From: an uncultured Bacteroidota bacterium
GTDB taxonomy: Bacteria > Bacteroidota > Bacteroidia > Chitinophagales > LD1
Assembly: GCA_937894725.1 (NCBI GenBank)
Contig: CALAYL010000037.1
Coordinates: 11,079-75,078, forward strand
Reading direction: 5' to 3'
DNA: 64,000 nt
Under the pieces are notes generated by a model, which worked only from the letters and a program-made list of their open reading frames with translations, searched no databases and was not told where the DNA came from. The translations under genes and the position numbers were made by a program. Shown here piece after piece: positions 26,995-35,869 of this stretch (its first letter is position 1; each line of letters begins with the position of its first letter).

Positions 26995-29334
26995 TTATTT
27001 TTTCTTAAAACTTCGTTTTGGTTTTTTAGGACTTTTATCTGCTTCGGCTATTATTTCTAAACATCGCTCAGCGGTAAGGGTATTAGCTTCTTCACCTTTT
27101 GGTATTTTATAGTTTTCTTTTCCTTTTTTGATATAAGCGCCATATCGACCCATAAGTACTTGGATGTCTTCTTTGCTAAATTCTGCTATGAATTTATTCG
27201 CATCGCTCACCCGTTTTTCCTCTATCAGCTTGATAGCATCTTCTAAGCTTATTTCGTATGGATCTTGATCTTTTTTGATAGACACAAATTTACTGTTGTG
27301 CTGTACATAAGGGCCAAATCTTCCGATATTAGTTTTTACTTCTTTGCCCTCAAATTCGCCTAGACTTCTAGGCAATTTGAATAAGTCTAACGCTTCTTCT
27401 AAGGAAATTGTTTCAATAGACTGTGTAGGCTTTAGTTTTGCAAATCGTGGTTTTTTTGTTTCGTCTTCCGTAGAGCCGATTTGTACCATAGGGCCATAAC
27501 GTCCTACACGAGCTATAATGGGCTCTTTAGACTCTGGATGCTCACCCAATGCTCGCTCACCTGTGGCGCGCTTGCTATCGCGGGTTGTCGTCTCTATATT
27601 TTCATGAAATGGCTTATAAAACTCATCTATCATTTTATGCCATTCCTGTTTGCCTTCAGCTATTTCGTCAAACTGTCGTTCTACTTTAGCTGTAAAACCG
27701 AAGTCTAATATTTTTGGAAAATTTTCGACCAAAAAATCCGTTACCACGCCACCCACATCGGTAGGAAAAAGTTTCATTTTTTCAGCTCCTGTAATCTCCG
27801 TTTTCTTTTCTTTTTTGATAACATCGTCCTTTAGCAATACTAGGTTGTATTGTCTCGAAACACCCTCTCTGCTTTCTTTTACAATATATCCTCGTTTTTG
27901 AATAGTGCTGATAGTAGGAGCATAAGTAGAAGGACGACCGATACCGAGTTCCTCTAGTTTTTTCACTAGCGAAGCCTCTGTATATCTTGCGGATGGCCGG
28001 CTAAAACGCTCTATAGCAGTAATCTCACGCACTGGGAGCAACTGTCCATTGCTCAATGGTGGTAAAAGCACATCTTCTTTTTCAACGTCAGTATCATCTT
28101 CTTCGTCATCCAATGATTCTGTATATACTTTCAAAAATCCATCAAACAACACTACCTCACCCTGGGCAAAGAACTCTTTATTATTTTTGTTGTTTTCTAT
28201 AGTGATAGTGGTTTTTTCCAATTCTGCATCACTCATTTGTGAAGCTACCGAACGTTTCCAAATCAACTCATACAATCGCTGCTCATCACGTTCGTCTGAT
28301 ACAGCTGTATTGTTGGCATAGGTAGGTCTGATGGCTTCGTGAGCTTCTTGTGCACTTTCGTTTTTAGTAGAAAATTGTCTGCGTTTGTGATACTTATTTC
28401 CATAGCGAGACGCTACTTCTTGTCGAATAGACTCTAGCGCCTGCTCCGATAAACTATTGGAGTCTGTTCTCATATAAGTGATGTGTCCCGCTTCGTAGAG
28501 ACGTTGGGCTACCATCATGGTTTTTAAAACAGAGAATCCTAATTTTCTACTCGCCTCTTGTTGCAATGTTGAAGTGGTGAAAGGAGCAGAGGGTGTACGT
28601 TTGGTAGGTTTCTTCTCCGTACCTTTTACTGAAAAAACAGCTGCTTTCAATCCTTCTAAAAATGCTTCAGCATCTTTGAGTGTAGCAGGTTTTTCATTGC
28701 TTTCGGCTTTTAACAGCGTGGTTTTGCTACCATCCTTTACCTCAAAAATAGCTTGTATTTTATAGGCAGAGGTAGGGTTAAATTGTTGTATTTCGCGCTC
28801 GCGATCTACCACTATACGTACAGATACGGACTGTACTCTACCAGCTGAAAGCGATGGTTTTACTTTTTTCCAAAGCACAGGCGAAAGTTCATAGCCCACT
28901 AATCTGTCGAGTACTCTTCGTGCCTGTTGAGCATTCACTAAATCTAGATTAATGAGTCGAGGGTTTTCTACTGCTTTTTTAACTGCCTTTTCGGTTATCT
29001 CAGTATATGTGACACGTTTAGTCGTGAGCGGATCTAAATTTAAGGCATGACATAAATGCCACGCTATAGCCTCACCTTCACGGTCCTCATCCGTGGCTAG
29101 TAGTACTTCGCTTGCATTCTTAGCTAGCTTTTTCAATTCTTTAATTACCTTCTCCTTGTCTTCACTTATTTCGTAAGCAGGTTCATAATTATTTTCTAAA
29201 TCTATAGCTAGTCCGCTCGAAGGCAAATCACGTATATGACCATAGCTAGAAGTTACTTCGTAGCCATCGCCTAAAAATTTATTGATTGTCTTGCCCTTTG
29301 CAGGGGACTCCACTATTACCAGTTTTTTTGCCAT
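26995..29334 (-). CDS. topA: DNA topoisomerase I
   Basis: Start set at MAKKLVIVESPAKGKTI (Toprim). It has DEDREGE, the active-site region YMRTDS, and a C-terminal repeat/Lys-rich tail. Confidence 0.9.
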   Translation of the reverse strand: MAKKLVIVESPAKGKTINKFLGDGYEVTSSYGHIRDLPSSGLAIDLENNYEPAYEISEDKEKVIKELKKLAKNASEVLLATDEDREGEAIAWHLCHALNLDPLTTKRVTYTEITEKAVKKAVENPRLINLDLVNAQQARRVLDRLVGYELSPVLWKKVKPSLSAGRVQSVSVRIVVDREREIQQFNPTSAYKIQAIFEVKDGSKTTLLKAESNEKPATLKDAEAFLEGLKAAVFSVKGTEKKPTKRTPSAPFTTSTLQQEASRKLGFSVLKTMMVAQRLYEAGHITYMRTDSNSLSEQALESIRQEVASRYGNKYHKRRQFSTKNESAQEAHEAIRPTYANNTAVSDERDEQRLYELIWKRSVASQMSDAELEKTTITIENNKNNKEFFAQGEVVLFDGFLKVYTESLDDEEDDTDVEKEDVLLPPLSNGQLLPVREITAIERFSRPSARYTEASLVKKLEELGIGRPSTYAPTISTIQKRGYIVKESREGVSRQYNLVLLKDDVIKKEKKTEITGAEKMKLFPTDVGGVVTDFLVENFPKILDFGFTAKVERQFDEIAEGKQEWHKMIDEFYKPFHENIETTTRDSKRATGERALGEHPESKEPIIARVGRYGPMVQIGSTEDETKKPRFAKLKPTQSIETISLEEALDLFKLPRSLGEFEGKEVKTNIGRFGPYVQHNSKFVSIKKDQDPYEISLEDAIKLIEEKRVSDANKFIAEFSKEDIQVLMGRYGAYIKKGKENYKIPKGEEANTLTAERCLEIIAEADKSPKKPKRSFKKK

Positions 29335-29462
29335 TGTATCTATTGAGTATGAGTGCAAATAAAAAATTTAAGTTGAACAAATGAAAGAAATTACACTTAA
29401 ACAACTTTTCTTTAAACTACAAAAATGCTACCAAAGATTTTAATTTTATAAAAAAACTTTAA

Positions 29463-31676
29463 TTGATTAAGATATTTCGAAGTTTGTTTTTAGGCGTTAT
29501 GGTATTGGTGTCTTTGCATGTAAATGCACAGTACCAAACAGTTTTGGTGTTATCCGAAGATGCTTCAACAAAACTCTTTTCTGCTAAAATAGTAGATAAA
29601 AATTCCTTGATTTCTTTAGTGGCAGACAGTGCTGGCTACTTTATTTTATCTGTAGGCGAGAGTTATATAGTGAGCGCAACTGGCTACTTTTCGAAGCATC
29701 TTACAGTCCGGGATAAAAAAATGGAGAGAGACACAATGCTTATTTTCTTGGAGAATATGGCACCCAAGCAGAAAGATGTTATTGTAGTTACAAACCGAAA
29801 TGAGGCCAAAATTGCTAGTCTGGCTACAAGACTCGAAGTGGTCGATAATGAGGAACTAAACGAACGCTCGCTCGATAAGCCATCTGACGTATCGCATGCG
29901 CTAAAAGAACAAACAGGGGTACAACTCCAGCGCACCTCAGCTTCTAGTAGCGCATTCAATATTCGCTTACAATCGCTTAGAGGTAAGTATGTACAGATAT
30001 TAAAAGACGGATTACCCTTGTTTGGCGGGCTATCGCAGTATTTATCATTACCACAAACCTCGCCCATGATGCTCCGCCAAGTCGAAATTATCAAGGGCTC
30101 TGCATCTACACTTTACGGAGGTGACGCTATATCGGGAGTGATTAATTTTATATCCAATAAACCTACCGAGAAACCAGTTTACGATATATTGATAAATGCA
30201 GAAAGTACAAAATCGGTAGATGCTGCTGTTTATGCTAGTCAACGGTTTGGTAAATTTGGATTTAACTTATTAGGACAATATCGATGGCAAAATCCAGTAG
30301 ATTGGAATGGGGATAAATTTTCTGATTACGCCAAAATAAATCGCTGGCAAATAGCTCCAGATCTTTATTGGTGGGCCTCCGAAAAATTTAGGTTAAATGC
30401 TGGATTGACCTACACTAAAGAGGATAGGGAAGGTGGAGCTATGCTTGCATTGCAGAAAAAAAACGACACACTATATTCCTATATAGAACGAAATAAGAGC
30501 GAAGCATTTTCTTCAAAATTTCGAGCAGATATACTGCTTACAAAAACGACTATCAGCTTGATTAATGGCATCAATAGATATAGCCGAAATTTAACGGTAC
30601 CGAATTATTCGTTTACTGGTGTTCAACTTGCTACCTTTTCGGAAGTAGTGGGCGAGACCCGTCTTCAAAAACATATAATTCAATATGGAATTGATCTTAG
30701 GACAGAAAAGTTTTCTGAGACTGATACCTCCATGACGACTAATAAAAACTACCAACTATACACACTCGGTCTATTTGTCAATGAGCGTTTCAACATCAAC
30801 GAGAAAACTATTTTGGAAGCTGGTTTTAGGCTAGATTATAATACGAAGTATGGTGTACTGCCGTTACCTAAAATAGCTTGGCTGCAAAAATGGAATGAGC
30901 TATTTCAAACAAGGGTAAACATAGGAATGGGTTATAAATTGCCTACTATTTTTCAAGATGAAAGCGAAGAGGCTTTTTATCGAAATGTATTGCCCATCGA
31001 CCCTTCGCTCGCCAAACCAGAAATTTCCTTAGGTGGCACACTTGACTTGAAAGTGAGTTCTCCATCCTTGCGAGGTTTTAAGATTGTATTCAATAACATG
31101 TATTTTATTACCAATATTTGGCAGCCACTACTGCCTACAAAAATGCTTTATAAAGGGCAGTTTTATACGCAGTATGAAACACAAGCTGGCACTATTCAAG
31201 GCCGTGGTATAGAAACAACTCTACAGTTGGTTTATCGCGGCCTGGGACTAAAGCTTAGCTATACATTGCAAGATCAAAGTTTGAATATCAATAAAGTAAA
31301 ATCTGTTGCAGCGCTCACTTCTAAGCACCTTGTGGGTATTTTGGTGGGTTATGAAAAAGAAGACTTATTTTCGATAGGGATGGATTGTTACTACTACAGC
31401 CCCGCTAATCTGAGCGATGGTACTCCAACGCATGGTATTTGGGAGATGGGTATCAATGGACAATACATTCACAGGTACTTTACGCTTTTTGCTAATCTTG
31501 AAAACATATTGAATATACGCCAAACTTCATTTGGTCCTGTAGTGCTTGCTAATCCTACATTTCGCACGCCTGCCTTCAAGGAAATATATGGCTCACTCGA
31601 AGGTAGAATTTTAAACGCAGGGATTAAAATAAAATTGGGTGCATTGTTTAAATCAAAGGGGGAAGATAATGATTAA
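29463..31676 (+). CDS. TonB-dependent receptor
   Basis: 737 aa with a TTG start and a signal peptide. It has a carboxypeptidase-regulatory-like N-domain, plug motifs (IRLQSLRGKYVQILKDGLPLFGG; VEIIKGSASTLYGGDAISGVINFIS) and a long beta-barrel. Confidence 0.8.
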   Translation: MIKIFRSLFLGVMVLVSLHVNAQYQTVLVLSEDASTKLFSAKIVDKNSLISLVADSAGYFILSVGESYIVSATGYFSKHLTVRDKKMERDTMLIFLENMAPKQKDVIVVTNRNEAKIASLATRLEVVDNEELNERSLDKPSDVSHALKEQTGVQLQRTSASSSAFNIRLQSLRGKYVQILKDGLPLFGGLSQYLSLPQTSPMMLRQVEIIKGSASTLYGGDAISGVINFISNKPTEKPVYDILINAESTKSVDAAVYASQRFGKFGFNLLGQYRWQNPVDWNGDKFSDYAKINRWQIAPDLYWWASEKFRLNAGLTYTKEDREGGAMLALQKKNDTLYSYIERNKSEAFSSKFRADILLTKTTISLINGINRYSRNLTVPNYSFTGVQLATFSEVVGETRLQKHIIQYGIDLRTEKFSETDTSMTTNKNYQLYTLGLFVNERFNINEKTILEAGFRLDYNTKYGVLPLPKIAWLQKWNELFQTRVNIGMGYKLPTIFQDESEEAFYRNVLPIDPSLAKPEISLGGTLDLKVSSPSLRGFKIVFNNMYFITNIWQPLLPTKMLYKGQFYTQYETQAGTIQGRGIETTLQLVYRGLGLKLSYTLQDQSLNINKVKSVAALTSKHLVGILVGYEKEDLFSIGMDCYYYSPANLSDGTPTHGIWEMGINGQYIHRYFTLFANLENILNIRQTSFGPVVLANPTFRTPAFKEIYGSLEGRILNAGIKIKLGALFKSKGEDND

Positions 31677-31694
31677 GAAAAGTGATTTTTGATT

Positions 31695-32069
31695 TTAGTA
31701 GCCTCTATATCTCACATTCAAGTGAAGAAATAGCGACCTGCCTATACGCAATATGAATGGACCAATAGCAAGCAATAGCACAGTAGCAAACACAAATCCC
31801 AACAGCAAATCGAGTTGAAAAACATATACCCCAATCAATAAAAATAGTATCTCAAACCCAATCACAAAAGGATAACTGACCCACATAGCACCAAGATAAA
31901 AACCAGGTTCGATTTCAAAATCCTGACCACATTTGGCGCATTTTGAATGCATTGCCAATAGGGTAGATAGCTTATAGTGGCGCTTATCTACAAACAACTC
32001 ACCCTCCCTGCATCGCGGGCAGGTGCAGTTCACTACACTTTGTATGAAAGATGATTTAGCAGCCACCAT
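31695..32069 (-). CDS. DUF983-like membrane protein with an N-terminal zinc ribbon
   Basis: 124 aa with CPRC...CAKC followed by two TM helices. It overlaps the hutI 3' end by 14 nt. Confidence 0.5.
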   Translation of the reverse strand: MVAAKSSFIQSVVNCTCPRCREGELFVDKRHYKLSTLLAMHSKCAKCGQDFEIEPGFYLGAMWVSYPFVIGFEILFLLIGVYVFQLDLLLGFVFATVLLLAIGPFILRIGRSLFLHLNVRYRGY

Positions 32070-33288
32070 TTACAATCGTTTGTGAAATCCATTTTGAACC
32101 AAAACGGTAAGGTATAAAATCAAGCGATGGTATCGTTTCGGTAATGATCAAGTTTGCCTTTTTACCTACCGTGATACTCCCCAACACATGCTCTACACCC
32201 ATAGCATACGCTCCATTGATAGTGCAAGCATTGAGTACCTCTGCGGTTTGCATTTTCATATGTATGCACGCTAGCGAAATCACAAAGGGCATATTGCCAC
32301 TTGGCGATGAACCCGGATTATAATCACTAGCTAAGGCTACGGGTAGTCCTGCATCTATCATTTTGCGAGCTGGGGCATAAGGCAGTTTTAAGAAAAAAGC
32401 AGTAGTGGGCAGCACCGTAGGCATGGTTTCTGATGCAAGTAGCGCCTCGATTTGAGCAGTACCGGTGCATTCTAAATGATCTACTGAACGAGCGTTATTT
32501 TTCACACCTACTTCTATTCCGCCAGAATAGTTGAGTTCGTTTGCATGGATTTTTGGGGATAATCCGTATTTCGCTCCAGCTTTCAAGAGTCGATCTGTTT
32601 CTTCGGCAGAAAAAAATCCATCTTCACAAAACACATCTATATAATCTGCTAAGCCTTCCGCAGCTATCACAGGCAACATATCTTCCTCTATCAAACGCAA
32701 GTATCCATCATGGTTTTGGCGATACTCCATAGGGTAGGAGTGCGCTCCCAAAAAGGTGGCTTTGATGGTCAAAGGCGACAATGATTTTAGCTTTTTGATA
32801 ACTCGAAGCATCTTCAATTCGCCTGCTACACTCAGCCCGTAGCCCGATTTGATTTCTACCGCAGCAGTTCCCATTTGTTGAATTTCGGTAAATCTCTCTA
32901 AGGCAGAGGCTATCAACTCCTCTTCTGTAGCTACTTCCAATCGTTTGGCAGACTGTAAAATACCGCCTCCTTTTTTAGCTATTTCTTCATAAGAAAGACC
33001 ATTGAGTTTGTCTATAAACTCGCCCTCTCGCCAATGCGAAAAAACCAAATGCGTATGCGAATCACAAAAAGCAGGCAGTACGAATTGTCCTGTAGCGTCT
33101 AATATTTCGCCCGACCAGTCTGGGCAATCTGCCATCGCTCCAAAATCAGCGATAATGCCCTTTTCGACCCTTAAAAAAGCATTTTCTATGACCTCAAAGT
33201 TGCTCATGGCTTTGCCTTTGAGACAAGAAATATCTTTTCCTAAAATTCCCCCAAGACCTTTTATGTTTTTTAGTAAAATAGACTGCAT
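32056..33288 (-). CDS. hutI: Imidazolonepropionase
   Basis: Amidohydrolase motifs FCDSHTHLVF, KIHANEL, SVDHLE, ALASDYNPGSS. Start set at MQSILLKNIKG (ATG 33286-33288). Confidence 0.85.
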   Translation of the reverse strand: MQSILLKNIKGLGGILGKDISCLKGKAMSNFEVIENAFLRVEKGIIADFGAMADCPDWSGEILDATGQFVLPAFCDSHTHLVFSHWREGEFIDKLNGLSYEEIAKKGGGILQSAKRLEVATEEELIASALERFTEIQQMGTAAVEIKSGYGLSVAGELKMLRVIKKLKSLSPLTIKATFLGAHSYPMEYRQNHDGYLRLIEEDMLPVIAAEGLADYIDVFCEDGFFSAEETDRLLKAGAKYGLSPKIHANELNYSGGIEVGVKNNARSVDHLECTGTAQIEALLASETMPTVLPTTAFFLKLPYAPARKMIDAGLPVALASDYNPGSSPSGNMPFVISLACIHMKMQTAEVLNACTINGAYAMGVEHVLGSITVGKKANLIITETIPSLDFIPYRFGSKWISQTIVNGGC

Positions 33289-33297
33289 AGTTTTTGT

Positions 33298-33320
33298 TTG
33301 AAAATGCAATTTAGTATAAT
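33298..33320 (+). repeat. Direct repeat copy A (ttgaaaatgcaatttagTataat)
   Basis: 22 of 23 positions are identical to 35820-35842. Similarity extends a few nt on both sides. Confidence 0.8.
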
Positions 33321-33479
33321 CTATTTTATTGTGATCCTCTCTAGTGCAAGTATGTTTAGTATCTCACTAAAACTTGAGCGAAATGAAATCAAACAAAGTC
33401 ACATGACAGCTTGGTGTTTTGACCTTTTGTTTTTGAGAAGAAATAATCTAAATTTACAAAAAAATTTACAAAAAATAGC

Positions 33480-34832
33480 ATGCGATATTTATCTACTCTT
33501 TTGCTTATTTTTTTAGCTTTCTCACCAAGCTATGCTCAATGGAAAAATATTACACCCAATAGTTCTTTTCAACGTGAACATACAAATCTAGCCGTAGTGG
33601 ATAGTGCAGTTTTTCACATTACACGTTCCTTTTTGCAGACTTCAATTCCTGACACCAATACCATAAAACCCAGGGATCTACGTACTTCCAACGGAGGGGT
33701 ATCATGGACACAATCTCCTTATTATGCCTCCAATCCAGTAACGACTTTTCAACAAGCTGAAATTGGATTTGATATTTCGTTTACCGACAAGAATAATGGC
33801 TATTATTTTAGTGCACTCATGGATTTATCTCAACCAGTTGATAAGCAATGGTTGAAAAAAATAACGATTACCAATGATGGCGGTGCTACATGGACTCCCT
33901 CATTTATTAACCCATATGTTAATTTTACTGCTCAAAAAACAGGCTTTTTTCTATACTACAATGGAGACTTCCAAAGCACTTCAAACGGAGTACTAGCTGT
34001 AGATAGTGATTTCTATTATCCAGGGATAGGAAGTGCAATGATTAAAAGCAGACTGAGCAGCAGAATATATGATATTAAAAAAGGGCAAGCTTTAGGCACT
34101 TATTATTTGTCTTGTAAAAATGGGCGTATTTATTCTACTCAAAATAGCTTCTTGGATAGAGATAGCTCAGTTATTATCCCAAATTATTCCGATAATATTG
34201 ATTATTCGATTAGATTTCTTTCTACCCCTGCATTAAACACGCTGTATGTAGCTACTTATAATTCTTCTACCAAAATAAATAGTTTCTTTAAGTCAACCAA
34301 TAATGGTAAAATATGGACGGATATATCACAAGGGATAAAAACTTTTTTTCCTAATGGAGGAAGTAATAGAGTGGATTGTGGTAGTTTTTCAGATGAACGA
34401 AATGGTATTTTAGCGGGTATAGGAGGAGCTATTATTACTAACGATGGAGGTGCTACTTGGACTAAAATGACAGGATTGGGGTATGCAGAAAAGTGTGAGA
34501 GCAAAAAACAGGGAAATAGAGTGACAGCAATAGCTATCACCAAAGATAGTATTTTCAAATACTCATATACCGTAGCTAATTTTCCGAATGGAATAGATGA
34601 AAGTATAGTAAGTAAAGAGATAGAAGTGTATCCAAATCCAACCATCGATAAAATCATAGTGTCAGGCGAATTTGATTACATAAAAGTAGCAGATATTTTG
34701 GGTAGAGAAGTAAAGTATTTTTCAAACACAGTAAAGACTTTGAATCTAAATGATTTGGATAATGGGCAATATTTCTTTCATTTCTATTCAGGCTATGGAT
34801 TGACTATAAAAAAAGTGATTTTAGCTAAATAG
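33480..34832 (+). CDS. Secreted BNR/Asp-box beta-propeller-like protein with a T9SS type-A CTD
   Basis: 450 aa with a signal peptide and Asp-box-like motifs (SNGGVSWT, NDGGATWT twice, TNNGKIWT). C-terminal IEVYPNPTIDKIIVSG...DILGREVKYF...LDNGQYFFHFYSGYGLTIKKVILAK. Confidence 0.6.
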   Translation: MRYLSTLLLIFLAFSPSYAQWKNITPNSSFQREHTNLAVVDSAVFHITRSFLQTSIPDTNTIKPRDLRTSNGGVSWTQSPYYASNPVTTFQQAEIGFDISFTDKNNGYYFSALMDLSQPVDKQWLKKITITNDGGATWTPSFINPYVNFTAQKTGFFLYYNGDFQSTSNGVLAVDSDFYYPGIGSAMIKSRLSSRIYDIKKGQALGTYYLSCKNGRIYSTQNSFLDRDSSVIIPNYSDNIDYSIRFLSTPALNTLYVATYNSSTKINSFFKSTNNGKIWTDISQGIKTFFPNGGSNRVDCGSFSDERNGILAGIGGAIITNDGGATWTKMTGLGYAEKCESKKQGNRVTAIAITKDSIFKYSYTVANFPNGIDESIVSKEIEVYPNPTIDKIIVSGEFDYIKVADILGREVKYFSNTVKTLNLNDLDNGQYFFHFYSGYGLTIKKVILAK

Positions 34833-34894
34833 TTGACTGTCTCGTCCTAAAATAAGTTTACAGGTTAAAGACTAAAACCCCTCTCTCGTTACAT

Positions 34895-34928
34895 TCTCGT
34901 CCTCGTTTAGCGAAGCGCAACGAGGATG
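34895..34928 (+). repeat. REP-like hairpin element (left copy)
   Basis: tctcgtCCTCGTTtaGCGaagCGCAACGAGGatg. It is the perfect 34-nt reverse complement of 35553-35586 and contains an internal 7+3 bp stem. Confidence 0.8.
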
Positions 34929-34972
34929 TCCTATTAATTTGCATTTTATTGCCAAAAGATTAAAATTGGAGC

Positions 34973-35518
34973 ATGAGTGGCGATAGATATTATATATCAG
35001 ATCAGCAAGGTGTTTACTTTTTGACATTCACGGTAGTGGGATGGTTAGATGTTTTTATTCGCCCTACCTACAAGTCTATTATAGTAGATAGTTTAAATTA
35101 TTGCATTGCAGAAAAAGGACTCGAAGTGTATGCGTGGTGTTTGATGACAAGCCTTTACACCTTATTGCTAGTGCAAAAGAAGGAATTGAGTTATCTGCTT
35201 TTATTCGAGAGTTTAAGAAACACACAGCCAAAAATAATAAAGGAGATAGACACAAACGAAGGAAGTAGAAAAGCTTGGTTGCTTTGGTACTTTGAGCAAG
35301 AAGGTAAAAAAGATAGCTGTATCACTAAATATAAGTTTTGGAAGGAGGACAACCATGCTCTTTTTTTAGATAAAACGAACATCGAAATGATAGACCCAAA
35401 AGTAGATTACATTCATTTAAATCCAGTAGTATAAGCAGTAGTAGAAAATCCTGTTGACTATTTGTATTCAAGTGGTAGGGATTTTGCAGGAGTGAAAGGT
35501 CTAGTAAGATTAAAATAG
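34973..35518 (+). pseudogene. Decayed REP-associated tyrosine transposase (RAYT / IS200-like Y1 transposase)
   Basis: The N-terminus (YFLTFTVVGWLDVFIRPTYKSIIVDSLNYCIAEKGLEVYAWCLM) and the later part (KIIKEIDTNEGSRKAWLLWYFE...KFWKEDNHALFLD...VDYIHLNPV) fit the family in frame 1. The HUH region reads correctly only in another frame (35149-35232: KPLHLIASAKEGIELSAFIREFKKHTAK). An in-frame TAA (35432-35434) cuts off the Tyr-containing tail ENPVDYLYSSGRDFAGVKGLVRLK. Confidence 0.7.
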
Positions 35519-35739
35519 TTATAGCTTTTGTTGCAAACAAAAAGAAATGGAGCATCCTCGTTGCGCTTCGCTAAACGAGGACGAGACACGGGAAAATCCT
35601 GTTGACTATTTGTATTCAAGTGGTAGGGATTTTGCAGGAGTGAAAGGTCTAGTAAGATTAAAATAGTTATAGCTTTTGTTACAAACAAATTAACTGGAGC
35701 ATTCTTTTTGCGCTTAGCTAAACGATGACGAGACAATGT
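35444..35739 (+). repeat. Two-copy tandem duplication (period 148 bp) of the RAYT 3' end plus the REP
   Basis: Copy 1 is 35444-35591 and copy 2 is 35592-35739. The first ~89 nt are identical. The REP part of copy 2 is degraded (attctttttgcgcttagctaaacgatgacgaga). Confidence 0.85.
35553..35586 (-). repeat. REP-like hairpin element (right copy, inverted)
   Basis: catcctcgttgcgcttcgctaaacgaggacgaga is the exact reverse complement of 34895-34928. Confidence 0.8.
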
Positions 35740-35819
35740 TCTAAAGAAAAAACAATTCAAATAGCCATATTTTTTACATCCATTTTTGAGTTCAACGATG
35801 GTCTTTCCTCATTTTTTAT

Positions 35820-35842
35820 TTGAAAATGCAATTTAGAATAAT
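35820..35842 (+). repeat. Direct repeat copy B (ttgaaaatgcaatttagAataat)
   Basis: Matches 33298-33320 and lies 27 nt upstream of the aroC start. Confidence 0.8.
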
Positions 35843-35869
35843 GATTTTAGAGCAAGATAAAAAATAGCT

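Noticed and set aside
32056-33288. Histidine-utilisation operon
   Set aside because: Only hutI is present. hutH, hutU and hutG are not in the window, so no operon-level claim can be made.
33298-33516. 72-aa ORF starting inside direct-repeat copy A, and the matching 15-codon ORF at 35820
   Set aside because: Both start with MKMQF only because the repeat contains ttgaaaatgcaattt. The composition downstream is AT-rich and non-coding-like, and the 72-aa ORF runs into the signal-peptide region of the next gene in another frame.
35444-35739. Possible CRISPR-like or minisatellite array
   Set aside because: There are only two copies of a 148-bp unit and no short repeat/spacer periodicity. The unit is a gene fragment plus a REP.
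35325-35760. Two minus-strand ORFs (76 and 100 aa) with near-identical internal sequence, as a possible duplicated small gene
   Set aside because: Their similarity only reflects the 148-bp tandem duplication of the RAYT 3' end. They are antisense to recognisable transposase coding sequence, and I see no start or promoter context.
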